Assembly: GCA_001938485.1 (NCBI GenBank)
Contig: MQRK01234723.1
Span: 1 to 64,000 of the forward strand
DNA from: Girardia tigrina
Lineage: Eukaryota
DNA: 64,000 nucleotides
Reading direction: 5' to 3'
The notes beneath the pieces were generated by a model, which worked only from the letters and a program-made list of their open reading frames with translations, was not told the DNA's origin and ran no database searches. Numbering within the stretch: the first letter of the stretch is position 1; each line of letters starts with the position of its first letter. A program made the position numbers and the translations under genes. This document shows positions 11,950 to 24,121 of this stretch, one piece after another.

Positions 11950-14858
11950 TTATAAAAAAAACTTTTTAAAAACCACGTTTTTCTTGCGGACTAAAAAGAA
12001 GAAAATAATTTTTGGGTAGAGATATGTTGATTATGATATAGGGTATAGAGAATCCGGGAAGAAAAAACTTTGAATTAGATATAATACTCTATCACGAATA
12101 ATAATTCAGAAAAATTAAAATAAAATCAAACATAAAGTAAATAAAGAACAAAAACTTTCTAAGTTAGTTTCATTACTTATGATCTAGTTTTCAGAATTTT
12201 ACTTAACAAAACTGAAGTTACAAACTTATTTGAAGACTAAAAAGTAGAAAATAATACTTTTATAAAAAAACGTGATTATGATTTTATTTTAATTTTTCTG
12301 AATTTATTTTAATTATTTTAGAATTTATGTAACATATTTTTCTATTTATTTTTATTTATTTATTATTTTATTTTAATTATTATTTATTTAAACGTGGGGC
12401 GCATTTTGTATATATTATTTATTTTATTAATTCTTACATTTGTCTTGTAGTATTTGCATGCTTGTTTATAAAGAATTATGGAAGATTTCTCGAGAAATAC
12501 CAAGACTCTAAGAATTCTTAGACACAACTATAAAAAAAATCAATCAATTTAATAACAGAACTTTTCGTAGTAATATCAATCGAAAATTTTTAAGTAGATG
12601 AATAGAAGGGATTCGCTGTTATGTAACTCGCTGTTTTGTAATTCGCTGTTATGAGGATACGCCGAATAGAATTCTATAAAATTTCACTAGTGTCAAGATA
12701 ATAATTATAAGAGATAATTTTTGGAATTCATTAATGAAGTTTCATATATTTTTTGGGTTTTTTGTAAAAGGAAAAATATTTGGGGAACTAATACAGGATT
12801 TCATATCGAAAGTTCTGATTTACCAAAGATTTTATATCGCAAGCTTCTTACACACTCCTTTGAATATCGCTTGAAAGATACTCATTGCTACTACTAATGA
12901 AGTTTTTAAATTCATTTGACCATTTCTTTAAATTTTTTATTCCGTATTTAATTTGTTACTAATTGAGAGGTTAAATAGTTTTCAATGCTTATGCTTATTA
13001 AAATTATTAAGTATAATATATAAATATGGTGCCATTAAGAATGTANNNNNNNNNNNNNNNNNNNNNNNNNNNNNNNNNNNNNNNNNNNNNNNNNNNNNNN
13101 NNNNNNNNNNNNNNNNNNNNNNNNNNNNNNNNNNNNNNNNNNNNCCCACGTTTTTCGTGATAGAGTATTATATCTAATTCAAAGTTTTTTCTTCCCGGAT
13201 TCTCTATACCCTATATCATAATCAACATATCTCTACCCAAAAATTATTTTCTTCTTTTTAGTCCGCAAGAAAAATGTAGCTTTTAAAACGTTTTTTATAA
13301 AAGTATTATTTTCTACTTTTTAGTCTTCAAATAAGTTTGTAACTTCAGTTTTGTTAAGTAAAATTCTGAAAACTAGATCAAAAGTAATGAAACTAACTTA
13401 GAAAGTTTTTGTTCTTTATTTACTTTATGTTTGATTTTATTTTAATTTTTTTGAATTTATTTTAATTATTTTAGAATTTATTTAACATATTTTTCTATTT
13501 ATTTTTATTTATTTATTATTTTATTTTAATTATTATTTAATTTATTTTTTTAATTTTTATTTTTTTGAGATCTCTCCGGTAATGTCGCGATTTTTTACAT
13601 GTTTTTGTATACTTTTTCTATTTTTTCGAATTTATTTTAATTATTTTTGAATTTATTTTACATACTTTTCTATTTATTTTTTATTTTATCAATCATTATT
13701 TAATTAATTTTTCTAATTTATTATTTTTTGAGCTCATTCTCCATTGTCGTGATTTTGTTTTGATATTTTTGTATACTTTTTCGATTTTATTGGGATTTTT
13801 TGAATTTATTTAAATTATTTTTCTATTTATTTTTTATTTTATTTATATTATTATTTCATTTAATTGTTTTTAATTTATTATGTTTTGAGCTCTTTCCGGC
13901 ATTGTCGCCTTTTTTCAATATTTTTGGAATTCTTAAACATTTTTTTAGTTTTTTTAAAAAATTCTATTTTATTATTTATTATTTTATTTATTTATTTAAT
14001 TTATTGTTTTAGACTTCATCTGGTTCAGCCATGATTTTTTTTAATATTTTTTGAGTTTATTTTAATTTTTCTGAATTTATTGTAATTATTTTAGAATTTA
14101 TTTAATATATTTTTCTATTTATTTATTTATTATTTTATTTTAATTATTATTTAATTTATTTTTTTTAATTTTTTGAGATTTTTTTTACATGTTTTTGTAT
14201 ACTTTTTCTATTTTTTCGAATTTATTTTAATTATTTTTGAATTTATTTTACATACTTTTCTATTTATTTTTTATTTTATCAATCATTATTTAATTAATTN
14301 NNNNNNNNNNNNNNNNNNNNNNNNNNNNNNNNNNNNNNNNNNNNNNNNNACTTTTTCTATTTTTTCGAATTTATTTTAATTATTTTTGAATTTATTTTAC
14401 ATACTTTTCTATTTATTTTTTATTTTATCAATCATTATTTAATTAATTTTTCTAATTTATTATTTTTTTGGACAATTTAAAATATTTTTTCTGATTTATT
14501 TTAATTTAATTTTTCTATTCATTCATTCATTAATTTTCTGGACAACCTGCTTATCGTCGCAATTTTTCGATTATTTTTATTAAAAAAATAATTTTAACAC
14601 ATCATTGATGTTGGTTAGTGTTCACTTTCATAAACATCCGCCATCTTGTTTTTTCCATACAAAATTTATTAATCAAATTGTGCGCAAACTAAGTACTTAA
14701 GAAGCATAGAAGTGCTACAATATTGAATTGTTAGGTGGAATATGGTTTCATACAAAGTTTCAGAAAGATAGGATTTTAAAAAATGGTCGAAAAATCGATC
14801 TCAAATTTTGTCCCGGACACACAAACAAGAAAGCAAGTTAAGAAAAACGTTTTAAAAA
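11950..14858 (-). mobile_element. Helentron-associated (HINE/DINE-1-like) non-autonomous element with central tandem repeats, inserted in the Tc1
   Basis: Minus-strand 5' end TTTT..ACGTTTTTCTTAACTTGCTTTCTTGTTTGTG homologous to 32606-32650; ACCACGTTTTT sub-TIR at 11972-11982; internal inverted duplications 11945-12270 vs 13150-13460; subtracting it leaves a ~1.35-kb Tc1. Confidence 0.6.
13430..14520. repeat. T-rich degenerate tandem repeat array
   Basis: Repeated GAATTTATTTTAATTATTTT(A/T)GAATTTATTT..TTTTCTATTTATTTTT units. Confidence 0.85.
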
Positions 14859-14938
14859 TTATCACTTATACAAATTTCCTAAGTAAAAAGACGATGAAGT
14901 GGAAGTAAATATTATATTTACAAATAAAAATGTTATTT

Positions 14939-15989
14939 TTAATATTTTGTGTGGTATCCTTTCATCTTGATGATTGAAGACACCCTTCGCGGCATCGAAT
15001 CGACAAGTCGACGACATAAAGAACTTGATATGTTGTACCATAACTTTTCTATTTCTATCCACATTTTCTCTGAATTCAAAGTATCCATATTTTTTATTTT
15101 TCTCTTTATAATACCCCACAAATTCTCAATTGGGTTTACATCTGGTGAGTTGTCAGACCAATCAAGAATATTTATCTTCTTTGTTTTCAAAAAAAGACAC
15201 TGTTGATGCTGATCGATGGCAAGGTGCTTTGTCTTGCTGAAATATAAAATTTGGAAGAGGGAATACCAAGCATTGCCCTGTAATTTCTATGCTCTTGACA
15301 CTTAGGTCTTGATAGTTCTTCGAATTTAAATTTCCGTTTATCCGTTTTAAGATACCAACACCAAATCTGGAGAAAGATCCCCATACATGAACTTTGGCAC
15401 CGTGCTGGAGGACCTTCTTAGTACAAATGTGACTAAGCCTTTCATTGTCAAACCTTCTAACGATTTCGCTACGAGTGTGACTATATGTGCAGAACATAGA
15501 TTGATCGCTAAAAACTACATTCGACCACTTATCGATGTCCCAATTTTGTTTATCCCGAGCCCATTCAACTCTTCTTTTTCATTGCTTTCCATTCAATAAA
15601 GGCTTGCAAACAGCATAATGACTTTTTAAGCCGTACTTTATCAAAATTCTATTCACTGTACTTCGTGATACATGTATTATTCTAGCTGCATTGAAATCTC
15701 CTGTTATTTTACTTATCGACAAGCGCCTATTTTTCAAGCATATACGGCGAATAATTCTTTCAGAACGTTTTGGTAATTTTGAAGGTCGTCCACTACGTTT
15801 TTTATCTTCATATGTACTTTTTATCTCCATTGTCTTGAACTTATGTACAATTTTTTGAATGCCCCGCTTTGAAACAATAATACCATGTGTAACCTTCATA
15901 ATTTCTTGTATCCGACCCGTTGAATGACCCTCGTTCATTAATTCTACAATAATAATCCTAAACCTTATATCTATATTTCGAGTTGTCAT
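14939..15989 (-). pseudogene. Tc1 transposase, frameshifted
   Basis: Paired-like HTH with RSGRP, KVHVWGSF, FQQDKAPCH, SPDVNPIENLW spread over three ORF pieces (15579-15989, 15162-15497, 14939-15190). Confidence 0.92.
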
Positions 15990-16797
15990 TGAATTTAAAA
16001 AATAGACATTTAATCAATTCATCTTAAAAAAAGATGGTCTTGATATTTCAATTTCAAAATTTACTAAAATTATTTAAATTAAAGCATTTAAACAAATTAA
16101 AAAATTTAATAAATAGCATAAATCAAAATTTCAATGGGTGCGAACAGACTTTTGGAACGCACTGTAAATACAACAGTCATATTGCAGTAAGTCAGAATGT
16201 TTTTGCAGTGAGGCAGAACATTAGAACATTAAAAACCAGAGAGAACTTTTTGAAAAATAGAACAGAACATTTGAAGCGAAATATTTGGACAAGAACATTA
16301 ACACTAATCTGAAGAATAACTTCGAAGGGGAATTCAAAAATATTAACAAAGAGAATTTTAAAGAAGAATATTAACAGAGAGAATTTTGAAGCGATTTTCG
16401 AATAAGCGAGATCATACGACAATAAATTCAATAGCCTTATCAATATCCCTCCGGAGATCGAATAGAATAAATGTAATTAGAGAAGTTTAATATTCAGTTT
16501 TATGAGTTTAATATATGTATAATTATATAACTGTATTTTTATTATATATCTAGTAAATTAATTAGATTTAATCTTTTAGTCGAGTTTTAGAAAACTTTAG
16601 ATCCTGTCGTCGTCATAGTCGCCATCCTCACCTATAAATGAATATTGAACGGAGAATTGAAATGAGCCTCAGCAGACGGAGAATTAAACTTATTATTAAC
16701 AAACAAGGAGTTAAGGTGAATATGATGTCACCACAAGTTGGTAAATGTAGAGTCGTAGGAAAGAGTACGTGCAGACCTGGATCGGGGAAGCGTATGT

Positions 16798-17549
16798 TGT
16801 GACAAATTTTTCCGAGGCCTAGTCGTGGATTAACCGTTGGCCATGGGCCTAAAGCGATTCACCTAAGGTGTCCGCTATGATTGTAAAAATAAAATTTTTC
16901 TTGAACAAATTACTCCTTGTGTGGATTAATGTGATGATAGACGATGAGTAGAACTTAAATGAGAAGGAGCGAGTTGGTTAAGAGACCTTCCAAACATTAG
17001 CTGTTCGTAAATGAATAACGAAGGGACCTGTTGTTGATATATAAAAACACACAAGTAGTTGTCACCTGGAACAATAGAAATGAATAAATACTATACGAAT
17101 ATATAATGATATATAACAATATATAACGATAATGTTTTATATAAATCTTAATTTTAGACAAATCGACAATTCACATAACAGTGCCATAAGTTCACATGCA
17201 GCATAACAGTGCCACAAGTTATAATACACGACATAACAATGTATAGAGCAGGCATGAGGGAAGCAATCACAAGAGAAAACATAACACATAGCAAGAAATC
17301 AGCCCCGAGCGGCACTGAGCTAGGCGGGGGGCCAACAGCCCGTCCTGTCTTTAAATTGAACCCACAGGCCCTCCGAGCTTGGAACTGCTAGTCAGATGTC
17401 AAATAAGGTGAGGCGTCCGACCCATTTACAGATAGATATACCAGAGAGTGAATAAATTCATAAAATAATATTGGGTTGTGGTTGACCCTTAATAACCACT
17501 GGGGGCTCAGGAGCATTCAAGAATGTTATAACTCAGAAGGGTCGTGACA
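16798..17549 (-). mobile_element. Probable solo LTR
   Basis: TG...CA ends (TGTGAC / GTGACA), near-TSD TATGT vs AATGT, non-coding, GC-richer. Confidence 0.4.
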
Positions 17550-18632
17550 AATGTTTGTGTTTGTGTAAATTTTATTCATTACCTTTTTATTCTTGGTCTA
17601 AATTTTTCTGAACCCTATCACAAAAGGATTAACAATATTAGAGAATACAAAAAGAAATTAAAGTTGTATAGTAAAATTGATGGATTCGATGTAATAGTCC
17701 GCTGAAAAAAAGTCTTTGTTGTCCTAATCAGCAACACAGTTTTTATTAATTGAAAATTTCATCGAATATTCCGCGAACTTCATAGTTTTTAATAATTCAT
17801 ACTATGAGGAGTTGGTTAATTTTCAGTTCGCTGATCGAAATTTAAATAATTTATAAAATTATTTGTAATCGAAATCAAATTCAAAATTTAAAATTAATAC
17901 TTAGAATGGTACTTAAATTTGAATTTGAAAATATTCTTCATAAATTAATTTGAATTAAAATATTATTTTCGTAGAAATATGAGTTGATCAAAACAGATCT
18001 GATTAAGTACTTTTAAAATTAATAATTTTAGTGAAAAATTGAATTCTATTAAAAACTTATTAATAATTGAAAAAAATTCTTTTTTCAAATTTTAAAATGA
18101 ATTAAGGATATGATTAAAAAATTAAATATTTAAAATATAAAAATTTGAATATTAAATATAAGGTATTTTTAAAAATTTCAGAAAATAGTAAAAATATTAT
18201 AAAATGTTTTTTAAAACGCAAAAATATTTCATTTGAAAAAATAAATTATAAAAAGCAATATAACAAGATTAAAATAAAAAAAACAAATTTAAAAAATAAA
18301 TAATAGTAAAATTAAAAAAAAATTATAAATGGCTATAAAATTAAAAAATTAAATATATGTTAAAATAATAATTGTCATAAATATTTTCAATAAAATTTTA
18401 TGACAATTATTAGGTTGAAAAAATGAACGGGGAATGAAGAAATGTAACTACGTGGTACGTTCAATAAGTATCCGACTTGACACAAAAAAAATCCTAAAAT
18501 GACCATTTTTATAACACAACAAACACTTAACGTATGAAGTTTTAACTTTTTTAACATAATGTCAATTTTGCACTTCATACTTCTGCCAACAAATAATCAA
18601 CTTAGAAAACATATTTTTGAAATACTCCAGAC

Positions 18633-20569
18633 CAATGTTCCCCCTAAGCTGCGGGCGTGAGCGCGCGCACCTTGTAGACTAAGAGCGCGCAGTGGTAAGA
18701 TTTTTGCGCGCAGCAATAAAATAATATATAAATAATATCCGAAGCAGCATTTGCTACAAAAAAATCACCTAGAAGATCTAGAAACAATTCGTAATCGGCC
18801 AAATGGTGGAAGAGTTCGATTGCTGGAAGAAACAGAGGAAGATCGAGAATCACGGCAAGAAACTTTCAAACGCAACCAAGCTTCAAAAGAAAAAAATAAA
18901 GTTATTAATTGACAACATTATTTTAGCCATAAAAATTAATACATCCATTATTGCCGTTCAAAGCATTAATGAGCATATGTCAAAATATATTTCTTCATTG
19001 CCAGAAAACTGGAGAGGAAAAAATTATGCTTTCGAATTTGTTGAATGTATTAGTAATGTTCTTCAAAATCAGCAAATGAGAGAACTAAGGGTAGCAAACT
19101 ATCATTGTCTTATAATAGATGAAAGCACGGACATAATAGTTCATAAAATGTTAGTTATGTATATCACGTATCGATTTGAGAATAAATACAAAACTATTTT
19201 TGCTGGAATTCAGGAGCTTACAACATGTGATGCTGATTCTATTGTGGTGACAATAAAATTTTTTACCAAGTATATAATTTAGACCTGAATAAAATGGTAA
19301 TGTTAACGTCTGACGGAGCAGCTATAATGCTAGGAGTGCCGAATGGCGTAGCTGCGATTTTACGCCGAAAAATAAAACACTTAGTAGTTCAACATTGTGC
19401 ATCTCATCGAGAAGATTTAAGAATAGATGACGCGTGAAAAAATAACATTCAGATGAAAGAGATAAATATGTTACTGAAAACTGTTTACACTATTTTGCAT
19501 CATTCGTCTCTAAAAAAGCACAAATTTCAAGAATTGGCATCTGTTTTAAATTGTGATGTTTTGTCGTTCAGACCACTTAATGAAGTACGATGGCTTTCTC
19601 GTCAATTTGCAATAGCTCCTATCGTTAGAAACTATGATGTGCGTATCCAATATTTTGAGAAAGATGTAGATAAAATAATGATCCAATCTCAAAATACTGT
19701 TTACGTGCCCTAAAAAGTGATACTAACCATTTCACCATAGTGCTTTTAAACGATATTTTGAGCGAACTCGGGCAACTTTGTAAGTTTCTACAATGATGGA
19801 AGCCAATGAATACGCAAAGGCGGTAATTAGCAGAATGAAGATTCAATACGTTGGGAAATAAAGCCTTCTGGAGCCGAGAAGCGGAAATTATTTTATCCAA
19901 ACCATTAGATGAAGAAAAAAGTAGATTGTAAACACATTATTAAATTTATTAGTGATTTATGTAATCATCTGGAAAGGTGCTTTCCATCGGAAGAGATGAG
20001 AGAATGGTCTGCTTTTGATTACAATGCGATCTCAACCAAAGTAATAGATTTTACTTTTGGGCAAGCAAACGCACAAGCTCTCATTAGTAAGTATTCTGAA
20101 ATTCATTATGTGAGCGACGATGAACGAGATGATATATTGGAAGAGTACTCATCATTTAAGTTTTTAGTTGCCGTGAATCTAAAAGAAAAAATAGCCAAAG
20201 ATTTTAATAGCATGTTTTCGATCAGGTTCAGCAATGACGAGTTTAGTAAAATGGCGTATCTAGTCGAAATATACTGGACATTTCAAGCAAACAGTGCGGA
20301 TTGTGAAAGAGGGTTTAGTATTATGAATACGATTAAGTTGAAGATAATAAACCGTATCGAAACGTCACATCTCGTCATTGAGATTTATAACTTTTGGAGT
20401 AAGAATAAATGTCGGCGTGAAAAAAATTAAATTTCAAATATTTCAAATAAAAATTTTCTGTCTTTTATATTTAAAATAAATTGAATTTGTATATAATTAT
20501 GATTTATGCGCTCATTTTTTTATTTACAAAATTTTTGCGCGCAGCTAAAAAAAATTAGAGGGAACATTG
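18633..20569 (+). mobile_element. hAT transposon (ZNF862/Tip100-like) with pseudogenised transposase 18803-20430
   Basis: 15-bp TIRs CAATGTTCCCCCTAA / TTAGAGGGAACATTG; perfect 8-bp TSD CTCCAGAC; motifs LIIDESTD, SDGA, HCASH, EVRWLS, SADCERGFS. Confidence 0.95.
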
Positions 20570-20929
20570 CTCCAGACCATCTTCAAATTGTCTTTGGATG
20601 CAAACTGAATGCCTCTCAAATACTTCTTTATATGTCTGAAGAGATAAAAATCTATTGGTGTCAAATTTTGGCTATACGGTGGTTGATGCACAAGTGCTAG
20701 TCTAGAACCTTCAATTGCGTCCTAGAAATGTCCGCTATATGTACGTTACAATATATCTTTAATATCAGCTAAATACATGAATTATCATTTGTTTCTGTAA
20801 ATGATGTGATACCTGATCAAACTGAATTATTTTGTACAATTGAAGTAAGTTGTTCAAGAGCTGTTGGATTACTTAGAAGATAATTATTTTGGAAGACTTA
20901 CTTTGGATAATAGTCATCGCTGACTAAGA

Positions 20930-21250
20930 TTTCCAATTGATTTATGGAACTGTTACGCTACTGTTTAAAATGGAATTCCGAAAACCAATGATTCTGAGGA
21001 AAACCAGCATCGATGGTTAAGTCTATTGATTGAAGCAAATCTTCGACAATATAGAAAATTATTAATAAATTAAAGGAGGAACAGAGTTTTAATGAATTCT
21101 TTATTAATCAATGCATTGCAGGAAACGATCTGCCATATTCTCAAAAGACTTACAGAGATTGTGTTAAACGTATTGTGAACATAGTGAACGATTATAATAA
21201 TCGTAATTTATTAGATTATCTTTAGAGGATTTTAACATAATTTTGATTTA
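20930..21250 (+). mobile_element. Mutator/MULE transposase C-terminal remnant
   Basis: Degenerate WN..GIPKTNDSE and terminal LDYL/RG..HNF-like text, resembling the MULE RTNN.VE...YLR..A.N tail. Confidence 0.45.
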
Positions 21251-24121
21251 AGTGTTTAATAATTTGTATTTTTAAATATGCATATATTTGAATGTAATTT
21301 AATGGAATAAATTTTTTATATCTATGAAATTTTCTTTGTCATGGGCCTTGGGAAAAAAATCAAAACTCTATTTGACATTGAACTGCCTTCTCCCTGAAAA
21401 ACACATGAGACTGAAAGCATATTCCGACCTTTATAATAAAGTTTGCGACTCGACTTTTTTTATTTTTATTGAAAAATTTCAATCATTATTTGCTTTTTCT
21501 GTTGATCGATTATCCATCCAAATTATTTACTTGTTTTGAAACGCTCCTTCTTTTAAATGGTGCCTGAATATTTTTAAGAATAACTTAAAGGACCAAAAGT
21601 GATATCTGATGAAATCTTCCAGCTGATAATCAGGAAAGCAAAAGGGGCATCTTCACATCCTTTTCCCATTTGTATGAAAGTATCGGGTAAGCACAGTCTG
21701 AAAAATAATGGAGCTGGTATCGCAATTGGTCTTTCAAATTTTCTAAGTCAAAATAGACCAGAGATGTGACCAAACGCATACTTGCATCCGTACCTATGCG
21801 GAACTATGTCTATTAAATTTAAAGGCTTTTCCCGAAATTAGTCTATAGTTCAATAACCGGTGTTTGGATACAGCTAATGCAGTTATCCGTACAGTCTGGG
21901 TTGGTCTCATAAGAATAATATTTGAAACAGTTTAAAAATACAGTAAATAAATTTATTACTTTTTACCAGAACCCCATTTCGTGTAATAAGTACATTTGTT
22001 TCATCGATTTTTGTAGTGATCATTCTATCATAATTCGAGAATATCTTCAACTGTCCGAAATTGAATATCATCATAAAGATTGACTATCCAGGATTTAAAA
22101 CATCACCTTGAAAACCGGAGTATCATTCAAGAGCGTATTACTTGCACACCCTACTTTCTTTGAGTAAAATTTTACAAAGATAATTGTTGCAATAACATCG
22201 ACAAAGTGTACTAGCCGTGCAGTCTATCACATGAAACAAATCCTATTTCTGGATCCCTCATTATCCATAAAAAAACATTTAGAAAGTCTCGAATTGATCC
22301 AATAACTTTCTTGTTTGTTTTCAGAGAAATTCGAGACCGTCGACCCTCATTTTATATGGGCTGTGTCCATTAAATATCCGGAAGGAAGTAAAGAACATGA
22401 AATATGAATAATATTTTGAGTCAACATTGGTGGGTTTCTAAATGTATTTATTTTTCAATATATGAACAATCAATTAATACATTTTTTACCAGTGTCTTAC
22501 CAGCTCCAACAAGGCGTTCCGTCGAAAATGGTTGGCTGATTCTCTAGGAATTCTTGTTCTACCTTTTTTACTTCTGCTTTTGATGTAATATGTCAATCTT
22601 GTAGATGTTTCATAAGGTGGAAGAACAAATAAATATCATTTGGGGCTAGATACGGTGAATAGGGAGGGCGTGGAAACCCACATTCTCTACTTAGCTTGTA
22701 GAAAATTTCATATAATTTTCATATCCTTAGCAGAAATATCTATTGAAACCAAGTCATAGAGATCAGCAAAAATCGTTAGCATAAAAGATTTCATATGGCA
22801 TGTTGATTCTCGTAGCTTCTTTGTGTTCGGCTCATTCGGTAATTTCAACTCTTTAGATTCATGTTTAATGTATGGTAGAAAGAGATAGAATGAGGTTTCG
22901 TCAAGTTTCACGATTGTTTTGCAGAAAAATATCTCCAACTTGTTCCAATGTAATGAGACTGGCATGATTCGAACTCAGTCTGTTTTTAAATATTGCACTC
23001 ATTAGGTAGCGTGGAAATAACCGTTAAGAAAGTTTTCTGAGACTCAGATTTTATTAAGTAATCCAAACTTCCTTTGCTTACATTCAGATGATGCATCTGT
23101 GAAATTTGAAAATATTCTAGAATTTTTCTTTAAAGTTTTCACTAATTTCCAAAGGTCTTCGAGTACTTTTCTCATAAAAAAGAATCTGTCTAATATATTT
23201 AAATTGTGCAATCCAATCTTAAATAGTAGTTCTGGATGGGTTTCCATCATGGTATACATTCCTCAATAATTTTCAACGTCGAAAACTTCTTCAAAACCAG
23301 GAACTTTATTACACTACAAAATACCACAGGAGAATAAATGATTATGACGAAAAATTTAATGTCTGAAAAAGTTAGACAACGAGCAGATGCTGCAGTAAAA
23401 CAAATTGTATTTCAGTTACCTGTAATAGTCAAGAAATATATCACATAAAATCAAATAAATTGACAACTTATTAGACCTTCAATCCGAGTATTTAATGGTC
23501 GCGCTACATAAATTAACGTTCTTCTGATTGGAAGTGGAAAACGACAAATACAACAAATGGCAATAAGAAATATCATTTAATAAAGATAATAGTAGTATTA
23601 ATAATAAATAATAAGATAAATTCAAATCTCTACGAGACAGAAACTATTGAATGAAGCTACAGAAAGAGTAACTGATCACAAATCAAAAGTAGATAGATAA
23701 ATAGCATAATATAGTAGTAACACTAGAGAGAGAGCATTATATAATAACTGTCGCTGATAAAATCAATCAGTAATATAAAATATATCAGAATAAGAATATT
23801 TAACAGTGTAATCTCTATTAGAATAGAAGCACTCAAACAAACACACACACACATTTCATCAACCAATCATTCAACGGATCGGGCAATTGCAAATGAACAC
23901 AAATAAATTTGAGCCTGCAAAAATCGATCAAATGACACACACAAATCCAATTTGAGCAACACACACACAAACAGACCAATCAAAGGAATGAACTGCAGCG
24001 GAAATGGTTGTTGAGGAATGAACTAATGACAACAACGACAGTAGTAACAATATTAGTAATAATAATGATAATAAAAAGCAATGGTTACAACAGTACATCC
24101 AAACTCGTGGCAGAGAAAGTG

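Larger units (their letters stand above)
11907..16164 (-). mobile_element. Tc1-family DNA transposon enlarged by an internal insertion
   Basis: Perfect 31-bp TIRs CAGTGCGTTCCAAAAGTCTGTTCGCACCCAT (11907-11937, 16134-16164) flanked by TA TSD. Confidence 0.95.

Noticed and set aside
13800-14379. F/L/I-rich ORFs resembling membrane or mitochondrial proteins
   Set aside because: Translation of a T-rich tandem repeat
14939-15989. Programmed frameshifting in the Tc1 transposase
   Set aside because: Multiple disruptions and a large insertion in the element indicate ordinary decay
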